Shown here piece after piece: positions 62,766 through 64,000 of a DNA stretch of 64,000 nt. The stretch is from positions 1,736,001-1,800,000 of the forward strand of contig CDRNST010000175.1 of NCBI GenBank assembly GCA_977016875.1, written 5' to 3'. The first letter of the stretch is position 1. Every line of letters starts with the position of its first letter. The translations under genes and the position numbers were made by a program. The DNA is from Pavona decussata (taxonomy: Eukaryota). The notes under the pieces are model-generated. The model searched no databases. It saw only the letters and a list, made by a program, of their open reading frames with translations, and had not been told where the DNA came from.

Positions 62766-64000
62766 AAACGTAAGACAACGGAAAGTTGTCAGCGGGGCGC
62801 AGAAAGTTGACATACTGCTAAAGGCAGCGCGCAATTTGTAGGATTCCTTTCATTTGCAGTGCAATTCAACTCATCAGCCATCCCGGCAGACAACGCGAGA
62901 CAACGGAAGGTTGAAAGCAGGGCGAAGGGGATTAATAGACTACTGAAAGGGAGCAGGCAATTTGAAAGATTCCTTTAATTTGCAATATAACCCAACTCAA
63001 CAACCACCCAATGCGAGATAACAGAAGGTTGACAGCAGGGTACAGATGGTTGACAGACTATTGAAAGGCAGCGCCAATTTGTTGGACACCTTAAAGTTTT
63101 AGTACAATCCAACTCATCAGCTACTTTGACAACGCGAGACAACGGAAGGTTGACAGACTATTGAAAGGCAACGCGCAATTTGTAGGACTCCTTTAATTTG
63201 AGCAATCGAACACATCAGCTAATTTGACAACATGACGCAAGGAAAGGTTGACAGCAATGCACAGAGGGTTGTTAGACTTTTGAAAGGCAGCACGAAAGTT
63301 TTAGAATTCATTTAATTTGCAGTACAACCCAACTCATCAGCTACTTTGACAACGTGAGACAACGGAAGGTTGACAGCAGGGCGCAGAAGGTTGAAAGATT
63401 GTTTAAAGGCAGCGCAATCTGGTGGATTCCTTTAATTTGCAGTACAATCCAACTCATCAGCCTCCCTGAGAACGCGAGACAACAGAAGGTTGACGTCAAG
63501 ACGCAGAGCGTTGAGAGACTATTGAAAGGCAACGCGTAATTTGAAGTAGAATCCAACTAATCACCTACCCTGACAACGCGAAACAACGGCAGGATGACAT
63601 AAAGGCGGAGAAGTTTGACAGACTATTGAAAGGGAGCGCGCGATGTGTTGCTTTAATTTATAGCATAATCCAACTCATCAGCCACCCTGATTACGCGGGA
63701 CAGCAGACGGTCGACAGCAAGGTGTAGAGCGCTAAGAGACTTTAGAAAGGAAGAGCTAACTTTGTTGGAAGTCTTTAATTCGCATAACAACTCAACTTAT
63801 CAGCTGCCCTAACAAAGCCGACAGCAGAAAGCGTGAGTTGACATGAAGGCGCAAAAGATTGACAGACTATTGAAAGGCAGCGCGTAATTTGTTGGATTCC
63901 TTTAATTTGAAGTGCAATCCAACTCATCAGCTACCCTAAAAACGCAAGACAACGGAAGGTTGAAGGCAGGGTGCAGAGGGTTGACACATTATTGAAAGGC
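62766..64000. repeat. ~120-bp tandem satellite, about 10 diverged units, running off the window end
   Basis: Approximate consensus GACAACGCGAGACAACGGAAGGTTGACAGCAGGGCGCAGAAGGTTGACAGACTATTGAAAGGCAGCGCGCAATTTGTTGGATTCCTTTAATTTGCAGTACAATCCAACTCATCAGCTACCCT. The two shortest units have deletions between internal microhomologies. Confidence 0.95.

Noticed and set aside
62766-64000. CRISPR array, or a 40-aa coding repeat (ORFs 63341-63556, 63354-63539)
   Set aside because: Whole units are homologous with no unique spacers, there are no cas genes and the context is eukaryotic. Unit lengths vary by non-multiples of three, with stops in all frames.

Overview
This is AT-rich eukaryotic (animal) genomic DNA with three assembly gaps. 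The gene families and repeat types suggest a stony coral or other anthozoan (inference). (1) A cluster of six paralogous, intronless class-A (rhodopsin-like) GPCR genes: four intact, one with a single nonsense codon, one decayed. (2) A nine-exon gene that the ORF track largely misses, rebuilt here by hand from splice sites. It encodes signal peptide + Cys pair + 18 Gly-X-Y collagen triplets (partly on 27-nt microexons) + a 7-repeat EAR/EPTP beta-propeller. This copy has lost its ATG and carries a frameshift and a stop; a second orphan copy of its propeller exon lies downstream. (3) At 56.4-62.0 kb, three tandem ~1.7-kb units, each with an intact, homologous promoter + signal-peptide first exon, apparently for a paralog whose body lies outside the window. 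(4) A ~7.6-kb tandem duplication (propeller exon + GPCR). Its second unit carries a Crypton-like element with a nested, decayed BEL/Pao LTR retrotransposon (tRNA-His PBS). (5) Penelope-like and hAT remnants and many MITEs. (6) A terminal ~120-bp satellite whose minus strand folds into a hammerhead-ribozyme-like but non-canonical structure.
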